Origin: a bacterium
GTDB taxonomy: Bacteria; UBA8248
DNA length: 64,000 nucleotides
Reading direction: 5' to 3'
Assembly: GCA_965200245.1 (NCBI GenBank)
Contig: CBDATS010000004.1
Coordinates: forward strand, 480,001 to 544,000
Made by a program: the position numbers and the translations under genes. The notes under the pieces are model-generated. The model worked only from the letters and a program-made list of their open reading frames with translations, was not told the origin of the DNA and did no database searches. Below are positions 42,387 to 51,906 of this stretch, piece after piece (the stretch's first letter is position 1; every line of letters begins with the position of its first letter).

Positions 42387-43550
42387 CTACAACCGCTTCA
42401 CGGCATCCGCGATCCGGTCCACGGCCCGTTCCAGATTCTCCACGCTGTTGGCGAAACACATTCTCAGGTGCCTGTCCGCATGAACCCCGAAGGCCGAACC
42501 GGGCAGAGTCGCCACCCCGACCTCGGCGAGCAGATAATCAGCGAAATCATCGGCACTCATGGGGATGCGGCTCACATTGGGGAAGGCGTAGAAAGCGCCG
42601 CCGGGGTATTGGCAGGATATGCCTTCCACCTCGTTGAGACCCGAGATGAAAATATCGCGCCTGCGCCTGAAATCGTCCATCATGGCACGGCTCTCGGACT
42701 GATCCTCCAATAGCCCCTTCGCCCCCGCCAGTTGAATGAAGGGAGGCACGCAACTGACCGAGTTGGTGATGAGTTGGGCGAGTGGCTCAGCAAGCGGCGC
42801 GGGGGCGGCAATGAAACCCAGACGCCAGCCCGTCATGGCGTATGTCTTGGAGAACGTCTCGAGCATGATGGTGCGCTCGCGCATCCCCGCAAGCGTACCC
42901 AGGGAGATATGCTCTCCCTCGAAGAGCATGTGGGCGTACACTTCGTCGGACAGGACGATGATGTCGTTCTCCACGGCGATTTCCGCGATGGCCTCGAGTT
43001 CGCTCCTCGTCAACGTTCCGCCGGTGGGGTTGTGCGGATAATTGAGGATGAGGAGGCGGGTCTTCTCGGTGACGCGCGCGCGCAGATCGTCCGGCGTGAA
43101 ACGAAAATTGTTTTCCTCGAGTATCGGCAGCGCCACGGGCTTCGCTCCCGCATAGAGTGCCACGGACTCATAGACCGGAAAGCCCGGGTCCGGATAAATC
43201 ACCTCGTCGCCCGGCCCGGCAGTGGCCATGATGGTGTAATACAGAAACGGCTTGCCTCCCGGACCGACCACGATCTCATCCGGTGAATAATTCCCGCGTC
43301 CATCGCGCCTGAGCCATTCACAAGCCGCTTCGCGCAACTCCAGCACACCGGCGGAGGGGCAATAGTGCGTCTTGCCCGCCTTCAACTGCGCATACGCTTC
43401 CTCGACGATACTCGGGGGCGTGTCGAAATCGGTATCGCCAATCTCGAGATGGATGATGTCCCGTCCCCGGCGTTCCATTTCACTCGCCTTGGCAAGAACC
43501 ACGAACGCGCTTTCTGTCTTGAGCAGTTTCATCCGATCAGCCAGACGCAT
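42387..43550 (-). CDS. class I/II PLP aminotransferase (aspartate aminotransferase-like)
   Basis: PHNPTG, SDEVY, FSKTYAMTGWRLG. Confidence 0.92.
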   Translation of the reverse strand: MRLADRMKLLKTESAFVVLAKASEMERRGRDIIHLEIGDTDFDTPPSIVEEAYAQLKAGKTHYCPSAGVLELREAACEWLRRDGRGNYSPDEIVVGPGGKPFLYYTIMATAGPGDEVIYPDPGFPVYESVALYAGAKPVALPILEENNFRFTPDDLRARVTEKTRLLILNYPHNPTGGTLTRSELEAIAEIAVENDIIVLSDEVYAHMLFEGEHISLGTLAGMRERTIMLETFSKTYAMTGWRLGFIAAPAPLAEPLAQLITNSVSCVPPFIQLAGAKGLLEDQSESRAMMDDFRRRRDIFISGLNEVEGISCQYPGGAFYAFPNVSRIPMSADDFADYLLAEVGVATLPGSAFGVHADRHLRMCFANSVENLERAVDRIADAVKRL

Positions 43551-43564
43551 TTTTCATCCCCGTT

Positions 43565-44170
43565 TCATATCGCCGAGTGAAGAGGCACGCCCGTCACGAC
43601 GCCACACCTCATGAGCACGTTCAACACTTCCGCAACAGGCAACCCTACGACGTTGGTGTAGCTTCCCTCCACCCTGTCCACGAGGCTCCCGCCCATACCC
43701 TGAATGGCGTATGCGCCCGCCTTGTCCATGGGTTCGCCGCTTTCGACGTAGCGTTCGATGGTTTCCCCGTCAATCTCCCGGAAGGATACCTTCGTCGATA
43801 TCGCCTCCTCATGGCGGGAATCCGCTCCCAGAAGGGTGAACGCGGTGATGACCTCATGCGTCCTCCCCGAAAGCAGCCCGAGCATGCGCGAGGCGTCGCC
43901 CCGGCTTGACGGCTTGCCCAGGATTTCTCCATCTAGGACGACCACCGTATCGGCTCCGAACACATGAGTGCCCTGGTTCATTTTCGCCACGAAGTTCGCC
44001 TTCGCCCCGGCGCGGCGCATGGCTTCGGCTTCGGGCCCGGGCAACGGCGCGCCGTCCTCCTCCACGTCCGGGGGTGCCCGGACAACGTCAAAAGCAAGGC
44101 CTGCATCCTGCAGGAGCCGTTTCCTTCGCGGTGAGCCGGAAGCCAGAATGAAATGCCGAAGCTGTCGCAA
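43565..44170 (-). CDS. maf: Maf-family nucleoside triphosphate pyrophosphatase
   Basis: LASGSPRR, GADTVV, DKAGAYAIQG, NVVGLP; start (TTG) approximate. Confidence 0.9.
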   Translation of the reverse strand: MRQLRHFILASGSPRRKRLLQDAGLAFDVVRAPPDVEEDGAPLPGPEAEAMRRAGAKANFVAKMNQGTHVFGADTVVVLDGEILGKPSSRGDASRMLGLLSGRTHEVITAFTLLGADSRHEEAISTKVSFREIDGETIERYVESGEPMDKAGAYAIQGMGGSLVDRVEGSYTNVVGLPVAEVLNVLMRCGVVTGVPLHSAI

Positions 44171-44189
44171 GAACCGGCCCTGCAGAGGG

Positions 44190-45167
44190 CTAATTATCCC
44201 GATCGACAATATAGTCGGCGACGTCGCGCAACACTTCGACATGGCCGGAATCCGGCAAAATGGACAGGGCCGCCTTTCCCGCCTCCACGTATCCTCGCGC
44301 CCTGTCCAGGGTGTAGTCCACCGCGCCGTATTTCTGCATCATCTCGAGAACGTCATCCAGATCTTCCGCGTGAATTTCATCTGCGTGAACCACCAGATGA
44401 TTCAACCGCTCGAACTCCGCTTCCGTGGCCTGGGCGCAAACCCGGAGCAACGGAAGCGTCACGTTCCCCTCGCGCAGGTCCTCACCCACGGATTTTCCGA
44501 TTCTCTGCGAATCCCCCATATAGTCGAGGGCGTCGTCGACGAGTTGAAAGGCGTAGCCGATCTGCACGCCGAACTGATAGAGCGCGTTCACGATCGTGGG
44601 CGGGCTGTCGGGAATCAGGGCACCGACGCGGCAACTCGCGGCGATGAGGGTCGCCGTCTTGCGGTAGATGACATCGAGATATTCCTCTTCGCTGAGTTTG
44701 AGGTTGTACATGTTGACCAACTGGAGGACTTCTCCCTCGGAGAGCAGGGAGCAGGCCTCGCTCATGGTCTTGATGATTCGCAAGTCGGCGTCTTCGGCCA
44801 TGAGCGAGAAACTCTTGGCGAAGAGGAAATCACCCACCAACACGCTCGTCTCGTTGTTCCATTTCGCGTTGGCGGACAGGGTGCCGCGCCTCATCTGCGC
44901 ATCGTCCACCACGTCATCGTGCAGGAGCGTGGCCGTGTGAATGTATTCCACCACGCAACCCAGTGTCGCGGCGCGAGGTCCCCGGTAGCCGCAAGCCCTG
45001 GCGACGAGCACCAGGAGCATCGGGCGAATCCGCTTGCCTCCCGAACCAATGAGATAATCACTCACATCGGGAATCAAGACGACGTCTGAATGAAAATTCG
45101 CCTGAATCGCTTCTTCCACTTCCTCCATCTCGGAAGCGATTGAATCCGTAATCTCAGAAAATTTCAT
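44190..45167 (-). CDS. ispB: long-chain polyprenyl diphosphate synthase (IspB-like)
   Basis: GGKRIRP, HDDVVD, VLVGDFLF, FQLVDDALD, EGNVTLP. Confidence 0.88.
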   Translation of the reverse strand: MKFSEITDSIASEMEEVEEAIQANFHSDVVLIPDVSDYLIGSGGKRIRPMLLVLVARACGYRGPRAATLGCVVEYIHTATLLHDDVVDDAQMRRGTLSANAKWNNETSVLVGDFLFAKSFSLMAEDADLRIIKTMSEACSLLSEGEVLQLVNMYNLKLSEEEYLDVIYRKTATLIAASCRVGALIPDSPPTIVNALYQFGVQIGYAFQLVDDALDYMGDSQRIGKSVGEDLREGNVTLPLLRVCAQATEAEFERLNHLVVHADEIHAEDLDDVLEMMQKYGAVDYTLDRARGYVEAGKAALSILPDSGHVEVLRDVADYIVDRDN

Positions 45168-45373
45168 CCTACCTCCGACCTGCGAGAGATACGCTGACGC
45201 GGGTTTTCCGTTCTCTTTGGCATTGTCCCCGACGGCCGAACCCGAAAGCAACTCCATTTACCGAGGGAGGTCCATGAGCGTCAAGGCGATGAAATACCCC
45301 TTTTCCTCAAGACGATGTTCGGCTATGTTGCCAGAAACAAGGCGATTATCCAATCATCGGGAGAGTTCTTGAT

Positions 45374-45751
45374 TTGAGCAGAAAAATTCGAATCGCCGCC
45401 GGTAACGTAAACATGGAAGCGGAACTTACGGAGAGTGAGACCGCAAGCGCTCTGTGGGAGGCCTTGCCAATCACGGGCGCGGCGAACGTCTGGGGCGAGG
45501 AAATCTATTTTCAGGTCCCGGTAGAGACGCCTCTGGAAACCTCCGCGCGCGAAGAGATGGAAGTCGGAGATATCGCCTACTGGCCTCCAGGCAACGCATT
45601 TTGCATCTTTTTCGGCAAAACGCCGGCAAGCGTGGACGATACACCTCGCGCGGCCAGCGCCGTGAATCCGTTGGGCAAGGTGAACGGAAACCCGAAAGAT
45701 TTTCTGAGCGTCCGACCGGGGGAGGAGGTTCTGCTGGAGAGAGCACCGTGA
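45374..45751 (+). CDS. cyclophilin-like fold protein
   Basis: WGEEIYF, GDIAYWPPGNAFCIFFGKTP, ASAVN. Confidence 0.85.
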   Translation: MSRKIRIAAGNVNMEAELTESETASALWEALPITGAANVWGEEIYFQVPVETPLETSAREEMEVGDIAYWPPGNAFCIFFGKTPASVDDTPRAASAVNPLGKVNGNPKDFLSVRPGEEVLLERAP

Positions 45752-47001
45752 ACCCCAGGGATTCGAAAGACTTCTCCGTCCTCATTCATTACGATGAAAT
45801 CGGTCTCAAGGGAAAAAACCGCCCGCTTTTCATCGAGCGTCTTTCCAGAAGAATCGAACGTGCAGCGTCCCTGTTTTGCGAGGCGAGAATCAAAAAACGT
45901 ACGGGGCGGCTGATCCTCCAAACGAGAGGCCTCAAAGACAGCGACGCCCTGATTGAGGCGATCGGCAAGGTATTCGGCATTGCTTATTTTGCACGTGCCC
46001 AAAGGGTTCCACTCGACCTCGATGCGGTGGCGCAAACGGCACTCGAGATGATCGCTCCCCTCAAAACCGAAAGTTTCCGGGTGCGAACACGAAAATCGTT
46101 TCCGACTACGCCCGTCAGTACAAGGGAGTGGGACAGGACCATCGGCGCCAGGATTCAGGCCAGAAGACACCTGCCCGTCGATCTGGAACATCCGGGGCTT
46201 ACGGTTCACATTGAGGTCATTCCGAAAGAAGCCTGGGTGTACGTGGAGAAAATTCCGGGTCCTGGCGGCCTGCCTGTCGGCTCGCTCGGCAGGGTGGCAG
46301 CACTCCTCTCGGGCGGCATCGACTCACCCCTGGCCGCCTGGCGCATCATGAAGCGCGGCTGCGAAGTGGTGTTCATCCATTTTCATGGCGCGCCCTATCT
46401 CAGCCGCGCATCCGCCGACAAGGCGAAGGATTTGACCCACGTTCTGAACAGTTACCAATTGGGCAGCAGATTCTATCTGGTTCCGTTCGGAAACCTGCAA
46501 AAGGAGATCGTTCTCGCCACGCAGCCCGAATACCGCGTCGTTCTCTACCGCCGGTTCATGGCGCGCATCGGCGAGCATATCGCCGGGTTCGAAAACGCCC
46601 GCGCCCTCGTCTCGGGAGAAAGCCTAGGCCAAGTGGCGAGCCAGACGCTTCAGAATCTCGCCGCCATCGAAGATGCCATCCGGATACCGATTCTGCGGCC
46701 CCTGATCGGCATGGATAAAGACGAGATAATCGAAGGGGCGAAAAGGCTCGGCACGTTCGAGATTTCCATCGAGCCCGACCAGGATTGCTGCTCGCTGTTC
46801 GTTCCCAAGCACCCCGCCATTCGCTCCCACGCGAGACACCTGCGCGGGATAGAAGCCCGCCTGCCCGTTCCGGAAATGATCGACAAGGTAATCCAGGAAA
46901 CCGAAATCATCGATTTCGACGCAGGAGGCCGAACCAGGAAATGTTCTTTCGCCGAAATTCATCCCGCCCCCGACGAGATGGCCATATCGCCGAATGCGTA
47001 G
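45748..47001 (+). CDS. thiI: tRNA 4-thiouridine synthase ThiI (no rhodanese domain)
   Basis: EIGLKGKNR, THUMP region, LSGGIDS PP-loop, GQVASQT, RPLIG; GTG at 45748. Confidence 0.93.
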   Translation: MNPRDSKDFSVLIHYDEIGLKGKNRPLFIERLSRRIERAASLFCEARIKKRTGRLILQTRGLKDSDALIEAIGKVFGIAYFARAQRVPLDLDAVAQTALEMIAPLKTESFRVRTRKSFPTTPVSTREWDRTIGARIQARRHLPVDLEHPGLTVHIEVIPKEAWVYVEKIPGPGGLPVGSLGRVAALLSGGIDSPLAAWRIMKRGCEVVFIHFHGAPYLSRASADKAKDLTHVLNSYQLGSRFYLVPFGNLQKEIVLATQPEYRVVLYRRFMARIGEHIAGFENARALVSGESLGQVASQTLQNLAAIEDAIRIPILRPLIGMDKDEIIEGAKRLGTFEISIEPDQDCCSLFVPKHPAIRSHARHLRGIEARLPVPEMIDKVIQETEIIDFDAGGRTRKCSFAEIHPAPDEMAISPNA

Positions 47002-47342
47002 ACAATCGGGCGGATACACATCTCTCCGGGCAGGTCGCGATCTGACCCCACCGGAATTGCCGGGCAAATCAGGGAAAACAGGGCACCCCATCACCCGATT
47101 CGGAGAGTGGCAACCCGTGAATGATGCCGCCGACAGCGGCGCAAGTTGCTCGTTTTGGAGAGGTCACGGGTTGTCTGAAAATGTTTTCCAGATCAGCAAT
47201 TCACGCCGAATGAACATGCTATCACGCCATCGGTGAAACGTTTTTCCTCTCATTTTCCAAACCAACGTCTTACCTGGACTCAGGCCTAGAAAGAAAAGTT
47301 GCGGATAATTCCATTTTCCGCCTATGGTGGTATGCAACGACG

Positions 47343-47906
47343 TCAGTCTGTATTCGTGATTCCTTCCAACTCGAGGTTTTCCCCGTTCAGATCGACGGTA
47401 CTCGTGAGCGGAACCGCCGCCTGTACCATCTGTTCTGCGTAGCAGCCTTGTTTCGCAAGCCGAATAATGTTCAGAATTTTCTCTTTCGAATCATTCGATT
47501 CAACCTTGAAATGCGTACGCACATGCCGGCATCCTGAGTTCACGTCGCCCTTCAGGACGGACCCCTTCAGGTAATAATCGAATTCCACACGGCAGGTGGC
47601 TTTCTCGAAGGTTGTTTTCGTCATATGAGCGTACCGCCCAAGCTGTGTCAGGAGTCAGAATCCGACTCCCATGGCGATGTAAGTGAGAGGTTGCGGATAC
47701 CTGTCCTCTCCACCGATGCGAGGCGGCTCGTCGCTGAAAACTTCGAAATGCCGGAATCGCCCGATTTTCAATTGTCCATCGTCCATGGTCTCGGTCTCTG
47801 CGAGCATGGTGATCTCATAACCGTCTTTCGGCAGTTCGGGCTTATCGATTGGCCGTTCGCCAGGCACGGTGCTCTCATGCCAGGGATAATTGACGCTTTC
47901 CACCAT
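47343..47906 (-). CDS. OsmC-family protein, probable selenoprotein (in-frame TGA at 47655-47657)
   Basis: ORFs 47655..47906 and 47343..47624 share one frame and are separated by a single TGA: SDEP..GG....P.PLTY...GVGF*LLTQLGRYA; second Cys in GCYAE. Confidence 0.82.
47626..47640 (-). promoter_or_regulatory. putative bacterial SECIS hairpin
   Basis: mRNA UGGGCG-GUA-CGCUCA (6-bp stem including one G-U); the loop starts with G, 21 nt after the UGA. Confidence 0.6.
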
Positions 47907-47975
47907 GTTTGATTGTCCTCCAGGGTTGGGACGTGAAAGATTCCATTCCCGAAAATGATAGTCAACAGGGATACT

Positions 47976-48647
47976 TTAATCCCATTTCAGTACACGGATG
48001 TAACCCTCCTGTGGAATCTGGACGATCGCCTCCAGGCGTTCCTCTTTTTTGTGCATCTGGATGGTTTTGAGATGCGCATACGCCTCCCAGAGCATGTGGC
48101 GAAATGTGTATTCGAGGTTGAAATGAAACAAATCCTGATCGTCAGAGTCAATCCACACGCCCGTGCGATGGGCCTTGAGGGTGACGTTTTCGCGCCACCT
48201 GCGAACGTCTTCGCTGGTTCCCGGTCGGATCATTCCTCTCGGCACACGCTCTGTGATGTTTCTCCCGTTCCGTATCGACTCAGTCGTCTCAGTCCCCAAC
48301 ACCTCCCAGGCGAGGGCGAACGAATCGCGCATAACGCCGATAAGGTCTTGCACTTTCGGATAATATTTGTCTTTCATCATTCGCCCGTCGAAGCGCTTCA
48401 AGAGTGATTCATCGCGTGGAAGCGTGTCGCCGAATAGAATCGCACCCCAGCGAATCAGTAGCCAGCGGTAGGGCAGCGACGCTACGTGACTTACCTGATC
48501 CTGTATCGACCACAGCCCCCAACTCTTTTCCTCCCTCGTTCTACGCAGCGTCTCCTCTGAGAGATCATTCGTCTCTACCTCATACAAATCAGCGACTTGC
48601 AAGATTTCCGGGAAAAGCGTACGCGCTGCATTTCCTCGCAATTGCAT
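47976..48647 (-). CDS. DinB-superfamily protein
   Basis: WSIxDxVSH near the N-terminus and RHMLWEAYAH near the C-terminus. Confidence 0.65.
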   Translation of the reverse strand: MQLRGNAARTLFPEILQVADLYEVETNDLSEETLRRTREEKSWGLWSIQDQVSHVASLPYRWLLIRWGAILFGDTLPRDESLLKRFDGRMMKDKYYPKVQDLIGVMRDSFALAWEVLGTETTESIRNGRNITERVPRGMIRPGTSEDVRRWRENVTLKAHRTGVWIDSDDQDLFHFNLEYTFRHMLWEAYAHLKTIQMHKKEERLEAIVQIPQEGYIRVLKWD

Positions 48648-48869
48648 GTTCCTGGTTCCTCCGCCTCAATGTGTATTGCGCCTCGTTCCCTAGCGGAACC
48701 CGACTGAAAAATATTTGGAAAAACTCCGTGAATTTCCTGCAATCACTCTTTGTATGAAATGACGGTTCATCATTTTACGCGCCTGCCCACCAAGCGCTTC
48801 ATTCCTCCAGAAAACCTGCCCGGCTTCGCCTGCATCTCCCAGCCTGAGAAGATGTCCCCCGCATCGGAA

Positions 48870-50012
48870 CTATTTTCCCTGAAGAAGACTGACCGTCCGT
48901 TCCAGTTCATCTTCGGTATTGTAAAAATGCGGCGCAAAGCGAAGAGCGTTGTTCCGGGCGCTAGCGATGACTCTGTTTTCCCGCAGGCGTGCCGCCGCCT
49001 TGTGCGGATCCGGAGATTCGATGCTCACAATAGCGGCGCGCTGTTCCCAGGAACGCGGAGTAAGGATCCTTTCTCCCTGCCTCTCCAACAACTCCATCAG
49101 ACAGGTGGTCAACCGTCTCACGCGTTCCTCTATGTGAACAAGCCCCACCCCCGCCAGGAACTCCACCGAACGTCCAAGCATCCAGAGGCCCAGATAGTTG
49201 GGATTTCCGATCTCGAAGCGATGGGCATCCGGGGCGAGTCCGACCTCCATACGGTCGATCATCTCGCGAACCATACTGGCACGGGCGAAGAAAGGAGGCT
49301 TCATCTCGGGAATCAGGTCTTCGCGGCAGTACAGAAAACCCGTACCCGGCAGACTGAGCAATCCCTTGTGTCCGCCGCAGACAACGATGTCCGCTCCGAG
49401 AACCGGCAGCGACGCCGACAGGATACCGATTCCCTGGATGGCGTCGGTCACCAGAATGATGCCACGCTCACGGCAGACCGCGCTCAGTGCGGGCAAATCC
49501 ACCCGGCAACCTGTCCCGAACGTCACGTAGGAGACCGATACGACGCGCGTTCGCTCATCCATCAGTTCGATTAACGCCTCAGCAGGTGGACAGCCTTCGC
49601 CGCTTCGCGCCCATCGCAACTCGACGCCCCTTTCTTCCAGGCGTCTCCAGGCGTACACCTGGTTTGGATGGTCGGTTTCCGCCTGGATTACGTTGTCTCC
49701 CGCCTTGATATCCAACGACTGCGCGGCGATGTTCAATCCTTCCGATGTATTCTTGATGAACGCGATTGTCCGCGGTGAGACGCCCAGAAGCGAAGACAGA
49801 GAAGAACGGATATCCTCCACGCGCACCCTAGAAAAAGCCTCGCGGACGCCGCGTTCGTTCATCTCCAGCAGGAATTCCGGAATGGCGTCCTGAGCACACT
49901 GGGGCAAGGGTGCCTTGTTGGCGATGTCCAGATAGGTCCAGTTCCGGGTAACGGGAAACGCTTCTCGCAGAGCCTTGAAATCAGGAGCAACCACTGCTTT
50001 TGTTTCGTTCAT
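48870..50012 (-). CDS. class V PLP enzyme (C-S lyase/epimerase-like; no desulfurase Cys)
   Basis: NTSEG, DAIQ, GHKGL, RFEIG, RFAPHFYN. Confidence 0.85.
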   Translation of the reverse strand: MNETKAVVAPDFKALREAFPVTRNWTYLDIANKAPLPQCAQDAIPEFLLEMNERGVREAFSRVRVEDIRSSLSSLLGVSPRTIAFIKNTSEGLNIAAQSLDIKAGDNVIQAETDHPNQVYAWRRLEERGVELRWARSGEGCPPAEALIELMDERTRVVSVSYVTFGTGCRVDLPALSAVCRERGIILVTDAIQGIGILSASLPVLGADIVVCGGHKGLLSLPGTGFLYCREDLIPEMKPPFFARASMVREMIDRMEVGLAPDAHRFEIGNPNYLGLWMLGRSVEFLAGVGLVHIEERVRRLTTCLMELLERQGERILTPRSWEQRAAIVSIESPDPHKAAARLRENRVIASARNNALRFAPHFYNTEDELERTVSLLQGK

Positions 50013-50026
50013 CCTGTATTCTCCCG

Positions 50027-50308
50027 TCACGAATATTCAGAATCGCGTTCTGTCGGTGAAGGAAAATCCATCCTGTGGATCACGCTTTGCGTGTGTCCGA
50101 ACGCCGGGATGACGAGGCTGTGCACTCCGCGCAGCTGATCCTCCGGGCGACAAAACGTCCTGTCGGGGTTTGGTTTCGCATCGTCGAGAAAACCGAGGCG
50201 AATGCCATCGAGCTGAGCGGGTCGCGCGGTTGGACAGACCTTCTTCAGAGGAGTGGGTACTTCCGATGGACCGAAAATCACCAGAGTCTGTCCAATCAAA
50301 GACTCCAC
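50027..50308 (-). pseudogene. possible remnant of a UGSC-type thioredoxin-like (seleno)protein
   Basis: RPAQLDGIRLGFLDDAKPN resembles that family's N-terminus from memory; the U/CGSC motif is absent. Confidence 0.35.
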
Positions 50309-50578
50309 TCCGTCGATCGCATGGATTCGGGCTCAACGCGATCCAAACCCTTGATTGGATGTCAGAGCGCATGAGGAAAGATTGAAAAAATCATCATACA
50401 TTCCGACGGATTGTGTCAACAAAGCTTCATCACCCCCCTCTACTCTCTACAGCCTGTCAAAGTTATCCGATGTTCTCCGGCCCTTCGGTCTGTCCGCCGT
50501 GAGCGAGACCTGGAGATTTTCCAGCCAGTTCGCTATGATTTTGTCTCGATTCAGATTTGTAACAGAGAGGAAACTGCG

Positions 50579-51607
50579 ATGCGGGCGATGGTGCTACACG
50601 AATGGGGAGGTCCCCTGACACTCGAAACCGTGCCCGACCCGGTGCCGGGCCACGGGGAAGTCGTGCTACGCGTACATGCCTGCGCGCCGGATCAGTTCGA
50701 CGTCACAATACGTGCAGGCCGTATCGGCGGAAAGCTGCCCCTTATCATGGGACACGAGATAGCTGGCGAGGTGGTCGCGCGGGGGCCGGGCGTCGAGGGC
50801 TGGGCAGAAGGCGAGCGCGCTATCGTCCACGCCTATCTAACCTGCGGTCAGTGCCGGTTTTGTGGTCTCGGCCGGGTGACGCTTTGTGAGAATTTCCGGG
50901 GTTATTTCGGTGTGCACATGGACGGCGGCTACGCCGATTTCGTGCGAGTTCCGGTGGGGAATCTGTGCGCCATTCCCGAAGGAGTGGGCTATGCGGAGGC
51001 CACGACCATCGTGAGCCCGGTGGCGACCCCGCTCAAGGCCATCAAGACGCGCGCAGGCGTGCGCCCGGGAGACGACGTGCTCATCGTCGGCGCTTGCGGA
51101 GGTGTGGGAATTCACGCGGTCCAGATCGCGAAAGCCTTTGGCGCGCGCGTCATCGCGGTGGACATCGATGACGACAAGCTTGTCCAAGCGCGGGATCTTG
51201 GCGCGGATCACGTGGTGAATGGACTGGAGGAAGACTTCGCAGAGATCGTTCTTGCGGTCACCGACTGGAAGGGAGCAGACGCCGTGCTGGAGTTCGTGGG
51301 CACGGAGCAGACCTTGCCGAAGAGCTTTGTCTCGCTTGCCAGGACGGGTGTCCTCGTTGTCGTGGGTTTTCAGCCGGGAGTGGTCTTCGCGAACGACCCC
51401 ACCCGCTTCGTGAATGACGAGATTACGGTAACCGGCTCGCGCTACGTGAACCACGCGGAATTGGCCGAGGCCGCCGCCTGGGTAGGCTCGGGCCGGATAA
51501 AGCCTGTCGTTTCGCGGACATACCCCCTGGCCGAGGTGGAAAAGGCACTCGCAGATATCTCTGAAAACCGGATTATCGGTCGCGCACCGGTTCTGATCGA
51601 TTCCTGA
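50579..51607 (+). CDS. MDR-family zinc-binding alcohol dehydrogenase
   Basis: GHE, CxxCxxCx7C structural Zn site, GACGGVG Rossmann motif. Confidence 0.9.
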   Translation: MRAMVLHEWGGPLTLETVPDPVPGHGEVVLRVHACAPDQFDVTIRAGRIGGKLPLIMGHEIAGEVVARGPGVEGWAEGERAIVHAYLTCGQCRFCGLGRVTLCENFRGYFGVHMDGGYADFVRVPVGNLCAIPEGVGYAEATTIVSPVATPLKAIKTRAGVRPGDDVLIVGACGGVGIHAVQIAKAFGARVIAVDIDDDKLVQARDLGADHVVNGLEEDFAEIVLAVTDWKGADAVLEFVGTEQTLPKSFVSLARTGVLVVVGFQPGVVFANDPTRFVNDEITVTGSRYVNHAELAEAAAWVGSGRIKPVVSRTYPLAEVEKALADISENRIIGRAPVLIDS

Positions 51608-51906
51608 GGCCGCATCCTGTGTGGCTCGACGCAGGGGCGGCTACGTGTCCGCTCTTGCCTTGCCGTCCTGAAGACGCGGGAAGTTGGCAACGCTTGCCGG
51701 CCTCCAGAAGATCAGGGAGTCGTAGGGGGATTGCAAGGTTGGCTTCGCGCCAGCTTGAGCAGAATACCAATAAAGCGTTTTGACGGCTTTTCCCGGTTCC
51801 ATCTTCTCCAGAATCCCGGAACTTTGCTCAGGTGAGCGATAACCCTCCCATAGCCCCTCGCCGACCGGACTGATCGGAGACTTCCCCTGACCGGAAAAGT
51901 GCGACC

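Noticed and set aside
45454-45747. N-terminal extension of the ThiI ORF
   Set aside because: It overlaps the cyclophilin-like gene; GTG 45748 coupled to its stop is the plausible start.
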